Shown piece by piece: positions 1 through 13,534 of a stretch of DNA of 64,000 nucleotides. The stretch's first letter is position 1. Every line of letters begins with the position of its first letter. The position numbers were made by a program, and so were the translations under genes. The notes under the pieces were generated by a model, which searched no databases, was not told the DNA's origin, and worked only from the letters and a program-made list of their open reading frames with translations. This DNA is from Polyangiaceae bacterium (GTDB taxonomy: Bacteria > Myxococcota_A > Polyangia > Polyangiales > Polyangiaceae), in NCBI GenBank assembly GCA_044222475.1, contig JBGANF010000011.1:42626-106625 (forward strand). The letters are read 5' to 3'.

Positions 1-1602
1 CCGCTCGCGGGCGGAAAGTGGACCTTCGCCCACGCGATCGACGTGCGCCCCACCGTCGCCGGAAGCGTGGTCGTCGGAGAGGGTGGCGGCGAGCTCTTCG
101 CGCTCGACGCGGCCACCGGCAAGAAGCTCTGGAGCCGCAGCGTCGGCGCGATGGCGATGCGCGGCGCAGGAGACGACGGCAAGGTCACCGTGATCTCGCT
201 CAGCCAATCGTCGGGGCAGGGTTCGATGCTGCTCGCCGTCGATCGCGACGGAAGCGTCGCCCGCCAGATCGAAACCGACAAGGTCATCGGCGTGCCGGCC
301 GTGCTGGCGGGCCACGTCTTCGTCCCGTGGAGCAGCCAGTACATCTCGGTGATCGATCTCGCCAGCGGCGACGAAGCGGCGCGCATCCTATTCCGCGGCA
401 AGGTGAGCCACGCGTTCGCGAGCGGCGGTGAGCTCTACTTCGGCGAGGCGGACACGTTCCGCTTCGACGACAAGATCGGCCAAGCCTCGAAGAACGGCGC
501 GACCAAGCTGAGCGTGCCTCAGCGCGAGCTGCCCGGAACGCCGATGCTCCGCACCCCCGGAGAAGACAAAGTCGGCCCGGTCGCTCTCGCGATCGACAAG
601 ACGAAGCTCTACGCCCGGCCCGGGGCGACTGGCTGGGAGGGCGGTCGGTTCTACGGCACGTACTTCCGCATCGTGATGGGCTTCGACTCCGACAAGGGTG
701 CGCTCTCGTGGGTGTGGAACACCGTCGACGATCTGGTCGGCGGTGGCGTCGGTCCCGACGCGTTCTTCGCGTGCGACGAGGCGGGCAAGATCACGATGCT
801 CAACGCCCAGAACGGCGGCATCGCGGGACAGCTCGACTTCGGCGAGCCGATCAAGAGCTGCGTCGTCTCCGCCGACGGATTCCACGCGCCCGCGCCGCAG
901 ACCGTGCCTTCGCTCGCGACCCAGATCTCGGCGGCGATCCTCAACCGCGACGCCGAGATGACGTCGGGGCAACGGCTGCTCCTGCGTGAGATGGCGACGC
1001 TCGAAGACGAGATCGCGACGAGCACCCTCGTCGAGCTCGCCTCCGACCAACGAACGGCACCGCCGCTCGTCGCCGACGCGCGCGCAGCGCTCGCCGGGCG
1101 CCGCAACGGAGCGAAGTACATGCTCACTGCGCTCGCACGGCACTACGACTTCCTCAAGGACGTCCTCGTGACTCCGCCTGTCGGCCCCATGGCGCAAGCG
1201 CTCGGAGCGATGAAGGAGAAGGGCGCCGCGCCGTTGCTCGCTGCGCACCTCCTCGACCCCGCCGACTCGGAGGACGACCTCAAGCAGATCGCGGCGGCGC
1301 TCGTCGAGCTCGGCGGACCGAGCGAGCTCCCCGCTCTCAAGGAGTTCTTCGGGCTCTATCGGGCATCCCACGAGGGCGACGTCGTCGCGGGAGCGGTCGT
1401 CAACGCCGCTCAGGCCATCGTCAAGATCGGCGGCGCGGACGGACGCAAGTTCATCGACGCGGGGTTGGCCGATCCGATGACGCCCGACGGCGTCAAGGCG
1501 CGCGTCCGCGCGATCCTCGATGCGATGGACGCGCAGGCCAAGTCGGCTGCACCCGATCCGAAGAAGCCCGATCCGAAGAAGCCCGATCCGAAGAAGCCGT
1601 GA
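1..1602 (+). CDS. PQQ-like beta-propeller (BamB-like) protein with C-terminal HEAT-like helical region; 5'-truncated by the window edge
   Basis: Frame is open from base 1. Motif 'LFALDAATGKKLWS' is typical of PQQ repeats. Ala/Leu-rich helical C-terminal half ends in (PDPKK)x3. Confidence 0.7.
   Translation, partial: PLAGGKWTFAHAIDVRPTVAGSVVVGEGGGELFALDAATGKKLWSRSVGAMAMRGAGDDGKVTVISLSQSSGQGSMLLAVDRDGSVARQIETDKVIGVPAVLAGHVFVPWSSQYISVIDLASGDEAARILFRGKVSHAFASGGELYFGEADTFRFDDKIGQASKNGATKLSVPQRELPGTPMLRTPGEDKVGPVALAIDKTKLYARPGATGWEGGRFYGTYFRIVMGFDSDKGALSWVWNTVDDLVGGGVGPDAFFACDEAGKITMLNAQNGGIAGQLDFGEPIKSCVVSADGFHAPAPQTVPSLATQISAAILNRDAEMTSGQRLLLREMATLEDEIATSTLVELASDQRTAPPLVADARAALAGRRNGAKYMLTALARHYDFLKDVLVTPPVGPMAQALGAMKEKGAAPLLAAHLLDPADSEDDLKQIAAALVELGGPSELPALKEFFGLYRASHEGDVVAGAVVNAAQAIVKIGGADGRKFIDAGLADPMTPDGVKARVRAILDAMDAQAKSAAPDPKKPDPKKPDPKKP
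1553..1599 (+). repeat. 15-nt tandem coding repeat, (PDPKK)x3
   Basis: CCGATCCGAAGAAGC occurs three times in tandem. Confidence 0.9.
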
Positions 1603-1615
1603 TCGCCGACGCGCG

Positions 1616-2272
1616 TCATCGTGGGTCTTCGGACCAGCGGTCGCCGTCGACGACGCCCAGCTCTTCGTAGCGAGCCCACAGGCAGCACTCGCTGCCGGCG
1701 GGGAACTCGCGGCACGCGTTCGGTCGGGCGTCGTAGATCGCGCACGCGTTGTCCTTGCCGAGCTGCTTGCAGTCTCCGCCTTTCGCGACGCGAAGGACGA
1801 CCCGACCGTCGCGATTGCGGCGCGCGAACGGCGCCTTCGTGAGGTGCGAGAGGCCGGCGGCGGCGAGGCGCGGCGCGTCCTCGGGCTCGAGGATGACCTC
1901 GTTGTTGCGGCAACAGGCACCGCACGCGAGGCAGTCGAGGCGCAGCTTGCGCGTCGGTCCGGGGTGAACGGCGTCGCGAAGCGCGCGGTTGCGCACGATG
2001 TCGTGGAGCGCCGGCGGTACGCGTCGCGTCGCCAGGCCGCGCATCGCCCCCGTCTTCGGCTCGGTCCATCGATGAAGGTCGAGATCCATCATCGACCAGC
2101 GCGCGAGGTCGGTCACACACGAGCGATCCGGCTTCGGGAGAACGAGGAGCGCGCTGCGCGGCGTGCTCCAGACGACGGCGTGGCCTCCCGCGCGCGCCCA
2201 CGCGATCGCGTTCTCGAGGAAACGGCGTTTGAACGAACGAACGACGGGGCGTTCGACCACGATCGACGACAT
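1616..2272 (-). CDS. YkgJ-family zinc/iron-chelating cysteine-cluster protein
   Basis: Contains CLACGACC and 'CKQLG..NACAIYDARPNACREFP' motifs. Confidence 0.85.
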   Translation of the reverse strand: MSSIVVERPVVRSFKRRFLENAIAWARAGGHAVVWSTPRSALLVLPKPDRSCVTDLARWSMMDLDLHRWTEPKTGAMRGLATRRVPPALHDIVRNRALRDAVHPGPTRKLRLDCLACGACCRNNEVILEPEDAPRLAAAGLSHLTKAPFARRNRDGRVVLRVAKGGDCKQLGKDNACAIYDARPNACREFPAGSECCLWARYEELGVVDGDRWSEDPR

Positions 2273-2332
2273 GAGAGCGCCGGTCGATAGCACCTGGCGC
2301 CGTGGCGGCGTGTGACTTTTCGGATCGCTAGC

Positions 2333-2662
2333 TCAAGGATCGACGTTGCCGCCGTCTTGCGGGACGGGGCAGGTCTGATCCGAGCTCACGTAGCAGAGCG
2401 AGGTCGCGATGTCGCAGCAGTAGATGCCGCTCTGCGGAGGCGCGCAGCTGTTCTGGCAGTCGCTGTCGATCGTGCAGCTAGGCACGCAGACTTGACCGCC
2501 CGAATCCTTCGCGTCTTTGGCAGCGTCCTTCGCTCCGTCCTTCCCACCGTCGACGGCGGGGGTCCCAGAGTCGATATCGTCGGCAGCGGAGGTCGCGCAG
2601 GCGCCGAGCGCCAGCGGAGCGAGCATGCAGAATACAAAGGGAAGTCTCACGGCCACCTCCAC
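2333..2662 (-). CDS. Small Cys-rich lipoprotein
   Basis: Hydrophobic signal peptide with LGAC lipobox, a DA/DG-rich linker and a Cys-rich C-terminus. Confidence 0.7.
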   Translation of the reverse strand: MEVAVRLPFVFCMLAPLALGACATSAADDIDSGTPAVDGGKDGAKDAAKDAKDSGGQVCVPSCTIDSDCQNSCAPPQSGIYCCDIATSLCYVSSDQTCPVPQDGGNVDP

Positions 2663-2840
2663 GGGTACAGCAACCTACCGCGTGAATGGCTGTCCGACAA
2701 CCTCGGACTGACGTTTCGGTGAGCTTTTCGTAACGTCGTTCCGCGCTCCCACCCAGGGTTGGCGTCCGTCCGCTGGAAGTGCACGTTTACAATCTGCGCC
2801 CGGCGGGGGCGCGAGCGGCTAGGATGCGGCGCCAATCGGC

Positions 2841-3956
2841 ATGCGCATTCTGACGCCCAAAGATTCGGGCCGAATCCAGCTTCGGGAGCGTGGTGACCGG
2901 GGCGCGTTGCTCGCGATTCGACCCGACTCCGCTGACGCAACGCAGCGTCAGTGGTTCCACTTCGTGGTTCGGGACTGCGCCGGAGTCCCCCTGGAGCTCG
3001 AGATTGCCAACGCCGGCCGGTGCACCTACCCCGATGCCTGGAACGGGTACCGCGCCTGCGCTTCGTACGACGGGGAGGACTGGTTTCGCGTCGACACCGA
3101 GTTCGACGGCGAATCCCTGACCATCCGCCATCGGCCCCAGCGCGACGCCGTCATCTACGCGTACTTCGCCCCGTATCCGCGTCTGCGCCGGCACGCGCTG
3201 TTGACGCAGGCGATCGCGACCGGCCGCGCGATCGCCGCGCGGGTCGGCGAGAGCGTCAACGGCGAGCCCATCCACGTGATGCGGTTCGGGAAGGGGCCGA
3301 CGTCGCTCTGGATCGTCGGGCACCAGCACCCCGGCGAGACGATGGGTGCGTGGTTCATGGAAGGCATGGCGCTTCGGCTCATGGATGACGAGGACGTGCT
3401 GGGCAACGATCTCATCGAGCGCGCGAGCGTCTACCTCGTGCTGTCGATGAACCCCGACGGGCACTGGCTGGGCAACCATCGAACGAACGCCGCCGGGGTC
3501 GATCTCAACCGCGCGTGGCACGACCCCTCGGCGAAGACGAGCCCCGAGGTGTTCGCCGTGAGAGAGGCGATGCTCGCGCGCGGGGTCGATTTCTTCCTCG
3601 ACGTCCACGGAGACGAGCAGCTCCCGTGGGTCTTCACCGCCGGAGCCGAGGGCAACCCGCACTACTCGGATCGCATCGAGGCGCTCGAGCACGAGTTCGA
3701 CGAGGCCATGTGCGATCTGAGCGAGCCCTACCAGAGCGAGAACGGATATCCGAAGGACGCACCGGGCGACGGCGATCTGCGGTGTGCGGCGAACTGGGTC
3801 GGCGAGCAGTTCGACTGCCTGTCGCTCACCCTGGAGATGCCGTTCAAGGACGCGGAGAACGCGCCGGAGGAAAACGGCTGGACGCCGGATCGTTCGAAGG
3901 GCCTGGCCGCGTCGACGATCGAGGCGGTGCACTCGATGTTGGACCGGTTGCGGTAG
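2841..3956 (+). CDS. M14-family cytosolic zinc carboxypeptidase
   Basis: Contains QWFHF, YFAPY, QHPGE (HxxE), MNPDG, NHRTNAAGVDLNR, DVHGDE and LTLEMPFKD. Confidence 0.92.
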   Translation: MRILTPKDSGRIQLRERGDRGALLAIRPDSADATQRQWFHFVVRDCAGVPLELEIANAGRCTYPDAWNGYRACASYDGEDWFRVDTEFDGESLTIRHRPQRDAVIYAYFAPYPRLRRHALLTQAIATGRAIAARVGESVNGEPIHVMRFGKGPTSLWIVGHQHPGETMGAWFMEGMALRLMDDEDVLGNDLIERASVYLVLSMNPDGHWLGNHRTNAAGVDLNRAWHDPSAKTSPEVFAVREAMLARGVDFFLDVHGDEQLPWVFTAGAEGNPHYSDRIEALEHEFDEAMCDLSEPYQSENGYPKDAPGDGDLRCAANWVGEQFDCLSLTLEMPFKDAENAPEENGWTPDRSKGLAASTIEAVHSMLDRLR

Positions 3957-3963
3957 AGACCGT

Positions 3964-5127
3964 CTACCAGGCGCTCACTCCCGAGATTGCCGTGTCCGGC
4001 CCGTTGCCCGACGAGAGGCAGCACTGCACGCCAGTGCCCGCCGCGAGGACGAACTTGATCGTCGAGCACGTACGCGGGGTGAACGTCGTGCTGCACCCGT
4101 TCGTCATCGGGTCGCCACCACACGCGAGGCCGGTCGAGTTGATCGTGCCGACCTTCGTCGCGTCGCAGTAGACGTCCCACGTCCCGTGGCAGATCGACGT
4201 GCTCGACGCATACGTGTTGATGCCGACGTGACCGACGCACGCCGTCGTTCCGCTGCACACCATCTCTTGGTTGAGAGCCTGGAACGCCTGGATGTTGGCC
4301 GAGCTCCAGAGGTAGCTGCCGGTCGCGCACGGGCTCGTCGGGAAGCATCCCGTCGCGGTCTTCGATTGCAGGGTGTTGAACGGCTGGCGCGTGCCAGTCG
4401 GGTTGCATCCCGCGGTGCAGACTCCAGCCGAGCAGAACGGGGTGTTGCCTCCGCAGGCATTGCCGCATGCACCGCAGTTCTGCGCGTTGGAGAGGACGTC
4501 GGTGCAGATCCCGTTGCACGCGAGCTGACCGACGCCGCAGCACTTGCCGCCGTTGCACCACTCTTGCGCGGCGCATGCCGTGTTGCAGTTGCCGCAGTGA
4601 TCGTGGAAGTTCTGCGTGTCGTAGCAGACGCCGTCGCTGCAGGCGGTGAAGCCGTTCGTGCAGGCTGTGCCGCACTGGCTGTTGGTGCAGCTCGGCGAGC
4701 CCACGTTCCACCCGGTCCCGCTGTCGTAGTTGATCCCGGGGTGTGCCGGGTTGTTCGAGCCCGGCTGGAGCGAGCCAGCGTCCGCGCTGGCGCAGACCGT
4801 CGGGCACTGGCCGCAGTGGTTCGGATCGGTCGCGAGGGTCGCACACGTCACGCCGCCGTCGCTTGCGGTGCACTTCGTCGTGGGTGACTCGCACGAGCTC
4901 TTGCACGCTCCGTTGGAGCACACTTCGCCGGTCTTGCAGGCGTTGGTGCACGACCCGCAGTGTTGAGGGTCGGTCTTCAAGTCGAACTGGGGGCACGCGG
5001 AGCCGTCGCCGGTCGACGCGTCCGTTCCCGTCCCACTGTCTACGTCGTTGAAGATCGTGCCCTGCGCGCACGCGCCGACCACGCCGAGCGCGCCCGTCAT
5101 CCCGAGGACCCACCAAATCCGCCGCAT
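3964..5127 (-). CDS. Cys-rich secreted/lipoprotein with STIG1-like (DPxHCGxC) repeats
   Basis: Lipobox VGAC; repeats TDPQHCGSC, TDPNHCGQC, DHCGNC and AQNCGAC. Start placed at MRRIWW. Confidence 0.75.
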   Translation of the reverse strand: MRRIWWVLGMTGALGVVGACAQGTIFNDVDSGTGTDASTGDGSACPQFDLKTDPQHCGSCTNACKTGEVCSNGACKSSCESPTTKCTASDGGVTCATLATDPNHCGQCPTVCASADAGSLQPGSNNPAHPGINYDSGTGWNVGSPSCTNSQCGTACTNGFTACSDGVCYDTQNFHDHCGNCNTACAAQEWCNGGKCCGVGQLACNGICTDVLSNAQNCGACGNACGGNTPFCSAGVCTAGCNPTGTRQPFNTLQSKTATGCFPTSPCATGSYLWSSANIQAFQALNQEMVCSGTTACVGHVGINTYASSTSICHGTWDVYCDATKVGTINSTGLACGGDPMTNGCSTTFTPRTCSTIKFVLAAGTGVQCCLSSGNGPDTAISGVSAW

Positions 5128-5228
5128 TCTCCGACGATCGCAGCAGACGTCCTCGGGTGCAAGGCTGCCTGGTCGGGGAGCGACGAGGGTACTCTCCTCC
5201 AAGCCTTTTTCGCGATCGGGAGGATGAC

Positions 5229-5846
5229 ATGCGACACGTCGTGCTCGTGGGGACGCTCGGACTCTTTCTGGCGGCGTGCGGCGGCGATGAAACGGTCGCG
5301 ATCACTCCAACCGATGGTGGAAGCGACACGACGACGGGGAACGACGGGAGCGGAAACCCCGACGGAAGCGTGAACCCCGACGCCACCGTGAACCCCGACG
5401 GGAGCGGAAACCCCGACGGAAGCGGAAACCCCGACGGGAGCGGAAACCCCGACGGCGGCGCGGTCGCGGTCAAGTGTGGCCAGACGCTCACGTGCCAAGG
5501 ACCCGCATCCAAGTGCTGCGTCGACATGAACAACCAACCGCTCTACAAATGCTCGGGCGGAGACGCCGGCGCCTGCGCGCAAGGCGCGGTGACCCTCTCC
5601 TGTGCGAGCGCAGCGGACTGCCCGCAGAACCAAGTCTGCTGCGAGGACGCGACGAACACGAACGCGCCGACGGCGAGCTGCCAGACGACGTGCACCGGGC
5701 CCAACCACGCGGTCCTGTGCGATCCGAACGGCACCGCGCAGGCGAACCGTTGCGGCGACGCGGGCGCGTGCGGCAACAACAACGCCGACAACTGGGGGCT
5801 GTCGAAGCAGTTCGGGACGTGCGGCGACATCCCGGGCCCGCTCTAG
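5229..5846 (+). CDS. Cys-rich lipoprotein with NPDGSG repeat linker
   Basis: GGGAGGA RBS before the ATG at 5229; LAAC lipobox; CC-containing C-terminal domain. Confidence 0.75.
   Translation: MRHVVLVGTLGLFLAACGGDETVAITPTDGGSDTTTGNDGSGNPDGSVNPDATVNPDGSGNPDGSGNPDGSGNPDGGAVAVKCGQTLTCQGPASKCCVDMNNQPLYKCSGGDAGACAQGAVTLSCASAADCPQNQVCCEDATNTNAPTASCQTTCTGPNHAVLCDPNGTAQANRCGDAGACGNNNADNWGLSKQFGTCGDIPGPL
5340..5455 (+). repeat. 18-nt imperfect tandem coding repeat (NPDGSG-like, about 6 units)
   Basis: Repeated AACCCCGACGGRAGCGGA units. Confidence 0.85.
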
Positions 5847-5853
5847 CTGCGAG

Positions 5854-9632
<3,779 letters not shown>

Positions 9633-9647
9633 GGTACCCATCCGACC

Positions 9648-10817
9648 ATGATCGATCGCCAGAGCGCCGGCATCCTGCCCGACAAGCCCCACACCGCGTT
9701 CCGCGACGCGAGCGGCAAGCTCTTCTTCGAGGAGATGTTCACTCGCGGCGGGTTCGACGGTCCGTTCACGTATTTCTACCACCGGCACCCGATCACGCCG
9801 CAGCGCGAGACGTCGGCGGATCACGGCCGCGGTTGGCCGATGGCCGTCGCGGCCGAAGGCGTGTCGGTTCGTCGCCGGCTCTACCTCTCCGATCGCATCC
9901 CCGCTGGCGGCCAGATGCTGGATCGGCGCACGCCGATCCTGTTCAACGCCGACGTCACCGTGCTCCTCGCGCACGCGACCGAGAGCGACGACGCGTATCT
10001 CGCCAACGGCGACGGTGACGAGCTCCACTACGTGCAGGAGGGCGAGGCGTTGCTCGAGTCGCCGTGCGGGATGCTCGAGGTGCACGCCGGCGACTACGTC
10101 GCGGTGCCTCGCTCGCTCCTCCACCGCTGGCACGTGAAGTCGCCGCTCCGAGCGATGACCTTCGAGCTCACCGGCGGGATGATGATCCCGCGCGAGTTCC
10201 GGAACCCGGTCGGCCAACTCCGGATGGATGCACCCTACACGCATCGCGACTTCCGCAAGCCGGTCGGTCCGATCGCGACGCCAGACCGCGTGCACGACGG
10301 CCCGAAGGTCCTCGTCGTCAAGAAGGGCGGGCGCTTCCAGCGGTTCGAGCTCCAGACGCCGCCCATGGACGTGGTGGGTTGGGACGGCTTCGTCTACCCG
10401 TGGGCGTTCCCGATCGAGAAGTACCAGCCGAAGACCGGTCTCGTGCACCTCCCGCCGACGATTCACTCGACGTTTGCGTCGCCCGGTTGCCTGATCTGCT
10501 CGTTCGTCCCGCGCGTCGTGGACTTCCACCCGCAGGCGATCCCGTGCCCGTATCCGCACTCGAGCGTCGACTGCGACGAGATCATCCTCTACCTGCGCGG
10601 CAACTTCACGAGCCGGCGCGGCGTCGGGCCGGGGGCGATTTCATTGCATCCTGCAGGTATTGCCCACGGCCCGCACCCCGGCGCTTACGAGGCGAGCATC
10701 GGCTCGCAGCGGACGGACGAGCTCGCCGTGATGATGGACTGCTTCAAGCAGCTCCACCCCACCGCGCAGGCCGCAAACCTCGAGGATCCGGGCTACCACG
10801 ACACGTGGTGGGCCTGA
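9648..10817 (+). CDS. hmgA: Homogentisate 1,2-dioxygenase
   Basis: Contains NGDGDEL, DVVGWDG, HLPPTIH, CSFVPR, PYPHSSVDCDE and HPAGIAHGPHP. Confidence 0.95.
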   Translation: MIDRQSAGILPDKPHTAFRDASGKLFFEEMFTRGGFDGPFTYFYHRHPITPQRETSADHGRGWPMAVAAEGVSVRRRLYLSDRIPAGGQMLDRRTPILFNADVTVLLAHATESDDAYLANGDGDELHYVQEGEALLESPCGMLEVHAGDYVAVPRSLLHRWHVKSPLRAMTFELTGGMMIPREFRNPVGQLRMDAPYTHRDFRKPVGPIATPDRVHDGPKVLVVKKGGRFQRFELQTPPMDVVGWDGFVYPWAFPIEKYQPKTGLVHLPPTIHSTFASPGCLICSFVPRVVDFHPQAIPCPYPHSSVDCDEIILYLRGNFTSRRGVGPGAISLHPAGIAHGPHPGAYEASIGSQRTDELAVMMDCFKQLHPTAQAANLEDPGYHDTWWA

Positions 10818-10930
10818 CCCTGGGGAAGGCGGCTCGCGCCGCCTCCCCTCATTCGGCAGAGCCGAATGAGCCTCCCCACCACGCGGTCCCTCCGCTGCGC
10901 GTCGGGATTCGCATCGAGGGTGTACTCCCC
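10813..10930 (+). repeat. REP-like palindromic intergenic element (long copy)
   Basis: Hairpins GGGGAAGGCGGC/GCCGCCTCCCC and CTCATTCGGC-AGA-GCCGAATGAG. The first 28 nt match 58266-58293 (minus strand) at 27/28. Confidence 0.7.
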
Positions 10931-11485
10931 TCAAGACTTCGGGAACGGTTCCCGCCGCGCGCCCTTCGGGTTCGACTCGTCGGTGTCGTAGGCGAACTCT
11001 TGGCCGGCGGTCGACCCGACGAACGGGCCACCGATCTCTTCGACGTTGTCGGCGTCGCGGAGCTCGTTGCCTTCGTCTTCGCCGCTCGTCACCGTCTCGA
11101 CGAACTCCTTGCCGAGCTCGTCGGCGAGCGGGTCGTCCTTGCTGCGTCCGCGGAGGAACGCGCTGGCGTCTTCTTTTCTCGAGAACGAGTGGCTCTTCTC
11201 GAGGAGCTCGGCGGCGTACTTCGCGTCGATGTGTCCCGAGCCATCACGGCGTGAGACCGGCGCGGCCTTCGCGGCCTTCTTCTTCGTCTTTTTCGGAGCG
11301 GCCTTCTTCGCAGCAGCCTTCTTCGGAGCGGCCTTCCTTTTCGGAGCGGCCTTCTTCGGAGCGGCCTTCTTCGGAGCGGCCTTCCTTTTCGGAGCGGCCT
11401 TCCTTTTCGGAGCGGCCTTCTTCGGAGCAGCCTTCTTCTTCTTCTTCGGAGCAGCCTTCTTCGGAGCAGCCTTCTTCTTCGCCAT
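10931..11485 (-). CDS. Histone H1-like Lys/Ala/Pro-rich protein with acidic C-terminal domain
   Basis: MAKKKAAPKKAAPK... with about 10 KKAAP/RKAAP units, followed by an acidic domain (DDPLADELGKEFVE...EEIGGPFV). Confidence 0.8.
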   Translation of the reverse strand: MAKKKAAPKKAAPKKKKKAAPKKAAPKRKAAPKRKAAPKKAAPKKAAPKRKAAPKKAAAKKAAPKKTKKKAAKAAPVSRRDGSGHIDAKYAAELLEKSHSFSRKEDASAFLRGRSKDDPLADELGKEFVETVTSGEDEGNELRDADNVEEIGGPFVGSTAGQEFAYDTDESNPKGARREPFPKS

Positions 11486-11547
11486 GGCCCGAAGCTTATT
11501 CCGCGGTGGCGGCGGTGGATAGAGTCGAAACGCGGTAGAGTGAGCGC

Positions 11548-13143
11548 ATGCGGTTCGCATCCTCCTTCGCTCTCGTGATACCCGTCGCCGTCGCGGTCGC
11601 CATCTCGTGTGGCTCGGATCCTGCGTCGACGTTTCAGCCGGATGGGGGGATCGACGCCACCTCCGACACCGGCCCGTCCTGCAAGGCCGGCGAGACGCAG
11701 TGCGGCAACGCCTGTGCCGACGTGAAGTCCGACCCGAACCACTGCGGCTCGTGCACCGTCGCGTGTCTCGGCGGCGACCTGTGCTGCGCCGGACATTGCG
11801 TGAAGTCGACCGGCTGCGATTTCGCGGTGACTGGAACCAACCCGCTCCGGGGCAACCAAAGCGGCGGCGACTGGGTGACCCTCACTGGGAGTGGCTTCAC
11901 CGCCGACATGCAAATCTACATCGGGGACGGTCGAGCGCCGGTTCGCATGATCGACGCGAACAACGCCATCATCCAGACCCCGCCCGGTCCGGTCGGCACC
12001 TACGACATCACGTTGATCTCGTCCAAGGGGACGTCGCTCACCCGGAACCTCTTCACGTACGTGTCGGCGGGGCTCAAGCTCCCGTGGCAGAAGAAGCCGA
12101 TGGCGGCCGTCCGCGGCGAGCACCCCGGCATTGCCGTCATGCAGGACGGTCGCGTCCTCGTTGCCGGCGGTACGACCGTGCCCGACCAACCTGCAAGCGG
12201 GCTCGCGACCGCGGAGATCTACACGCGGACGTCGGACTCGGTGACCCTCGCGAAGAACTCGATGAGCAGCAAGCGCTGGCGCGACGCCGCGGTCACCATG
12301 CTCGACGGTCGTGTTCTCGTCGTCGGCGCCGCGGAGTGCACCGGGCCGCAGTGCAGCACCGCCGACCTGTTCGATCCGAAGACCGACACGTTCACCCCGA
12401 CGAAGGGCCTGACGACGGCTGCGCTCAACTTCGTCTGGGGAGTGCTCCTCGTGGACGGTCGGGTCATGTTGACCTCCGCCAACGCGGCGACGGTGGACAT
12501 CTACGATCCTGCGACCGACACGTTCTCGTCCGTCCCGCTCAAGGTCGTTCACCGGTTCGGGCAACGCATCGTCCGCCTGCGCGACGGCCGGGTCATGGTC
12601 ATGGGCGGCGACGGCTGCAATGGCGCTTGTGGTCTGGCCCAGAAGGACGCCGAGATCTGGGATCCCAAAACGGGACAATTCACGGTGACCGGATCGATGA
12701 TCGAAGGGCGCTCTCAGTTCACCGCGCACACGCTCCCCGACGGGCGCGTGATGGTGTTCGGTGGGGCGAGCAGCTCCGCGGGTGGCGTCAACGCGCCGAT
12801 GAAGGGGATCGAAGCGTACGACCCCAAGACGGGCCTCTGGACCAAGATGACCTACGAGCTCAGCGTCGGGCGCACGTGGCAGGCGAGTGCCCTCGTTCGC
12901 GACGGCTCGATCCTCGTCATGGGCGGGTACACGAACGTGAGCTGCACGCCGTCGTCGTCGGTCGACCAAGTCGACCCGGTCGCGGGAACGGTGGCGTCGT
13001 TCGGCACTCTGCCGACGGCGAACACGGAGTGGAACGCCGTGACCCTGCTCGACGGCTCGGTTCTCGGAGTCGGCGGCGGTGCGTGTGGCGGCGTGGCCTT
13101 GCCCGATCTCGACTTCCTCCCCGGCGAGCCGCTCCCGAACTGA
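11548..13143 (+). CDS. Lipoprotein with Cys-rich repeat, IPT/TIG domain and Kelch beta-propeller
   Basis: Lipobox AISC; DPNHCGSC; 'GGDWVTLTGSGF' (IPT); repeated (L/Q)DGRVLVxGG Kelch blades. Confidence 0.85.
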   Translation: MRFASSFALVIPVAVAVAISCGSDPASTFQPDGGIDATSDTGPSCKAGETQCGNACADVKSDPNHCGSCTVACLGGDLCCAGHCVKSTGCDFAVTGTNPLRGNQSGGDWVTLTGSGFTADMQIYIGDGRAPVRMIDANNAIIQTPPGPVGTYDITLISSKGTSLTRNLFTYVSAGLKLPWQKKPMAAVRGEHPGIAVMQDGRVLVAGGTTVPDQPASGLATAEIYTRTSDSVTLAKNSMSSKRWRDAAVTMLDGRVLVVGAAECTGPQCSTADLFDPKTDTFTPTKGLTTAALNFVWGVLLVDGRVMLTSANAATVDIYDPATDTFSSVPLKVVHRFGQRIVRLRDGRVMVMGGDGCNGACGLAQKDAEIWDPKTGQFTVTGSMIEGRSQFTAHTLPDGRVMVFGGASSSAGGVNAPMKGIEAYDPKTGLWTKMTYELSVGRTWQASALVRDGSILVMGGYTNVSCTPSSSVDQVDPVAGTVASFGTLPTANTEWNAVTLLDGSVLGVGGGACGGVALPDLDFLPGEPLPN

Positions 13144-13144
13144 C

Positions 13145-13534
13145 TCACTTCGCGTGCGCGATGCACTTTCCGTTGTCGCAGCTCGCGGTGAAGTCGACGC
13201 CGAGGTTGCCCAGCTCGTCTTCGGGCTGGGCGGCGCAACCGCACGCGGGGCACGACGCAGTTCGAGCTCCGACCTCGTTGGCGAGCGCGTCCTTCGACGT
13301 CGTCACGACTCCGTAGGCGATGTCCTTGCAGCAGGACACCGGGATCAGGATGAAGGTGCACTGCGCCACCGTCGTACAGGTCTTGGCGGCGGCAAGCGAC
13401 GTCGGCGGACCGTACGTGCACGCCGAGGCGTCGCCCCCGGCGTCGGTCTTGGCGTCTGCGCCCGCGTCGCCCGCCGGAGACAGGGAGCCGCCGCACGCGA
13501 TCAGGACGAGAGAGAAGACGACGGCGCTTCGCAT
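13145..13534 (-). CDS. Small Cys-rich lipoprotein
   Basis: LIAC lipobox and 8 further Cys residues. Confidence 0.7.
   Translation of the reverse strand: MRSAVVFSLVLIACGGSLSPAGDAGADAKTDAGGDASACTYGPPTSLAAAKTCTTVAQCTFILIPVSCCKDIAYGVVTTSKDALANEVGARTASCPACGCAAQPEDELGNLGVDFTASCDNGKCIAHAK

Noticed and set aside
5340..5455. Regularly spaced repeats as a possible CRISPR array
   Set aside because: They are contiguous in-frame 18-nt coding repeats with no unique spacers, and there are no cas genes.
11046..11538. Plus-strand ORFs with GAAFF or SERPS repeats
   Set aside because: They are antisense translations of the KKAAP repeat gene.
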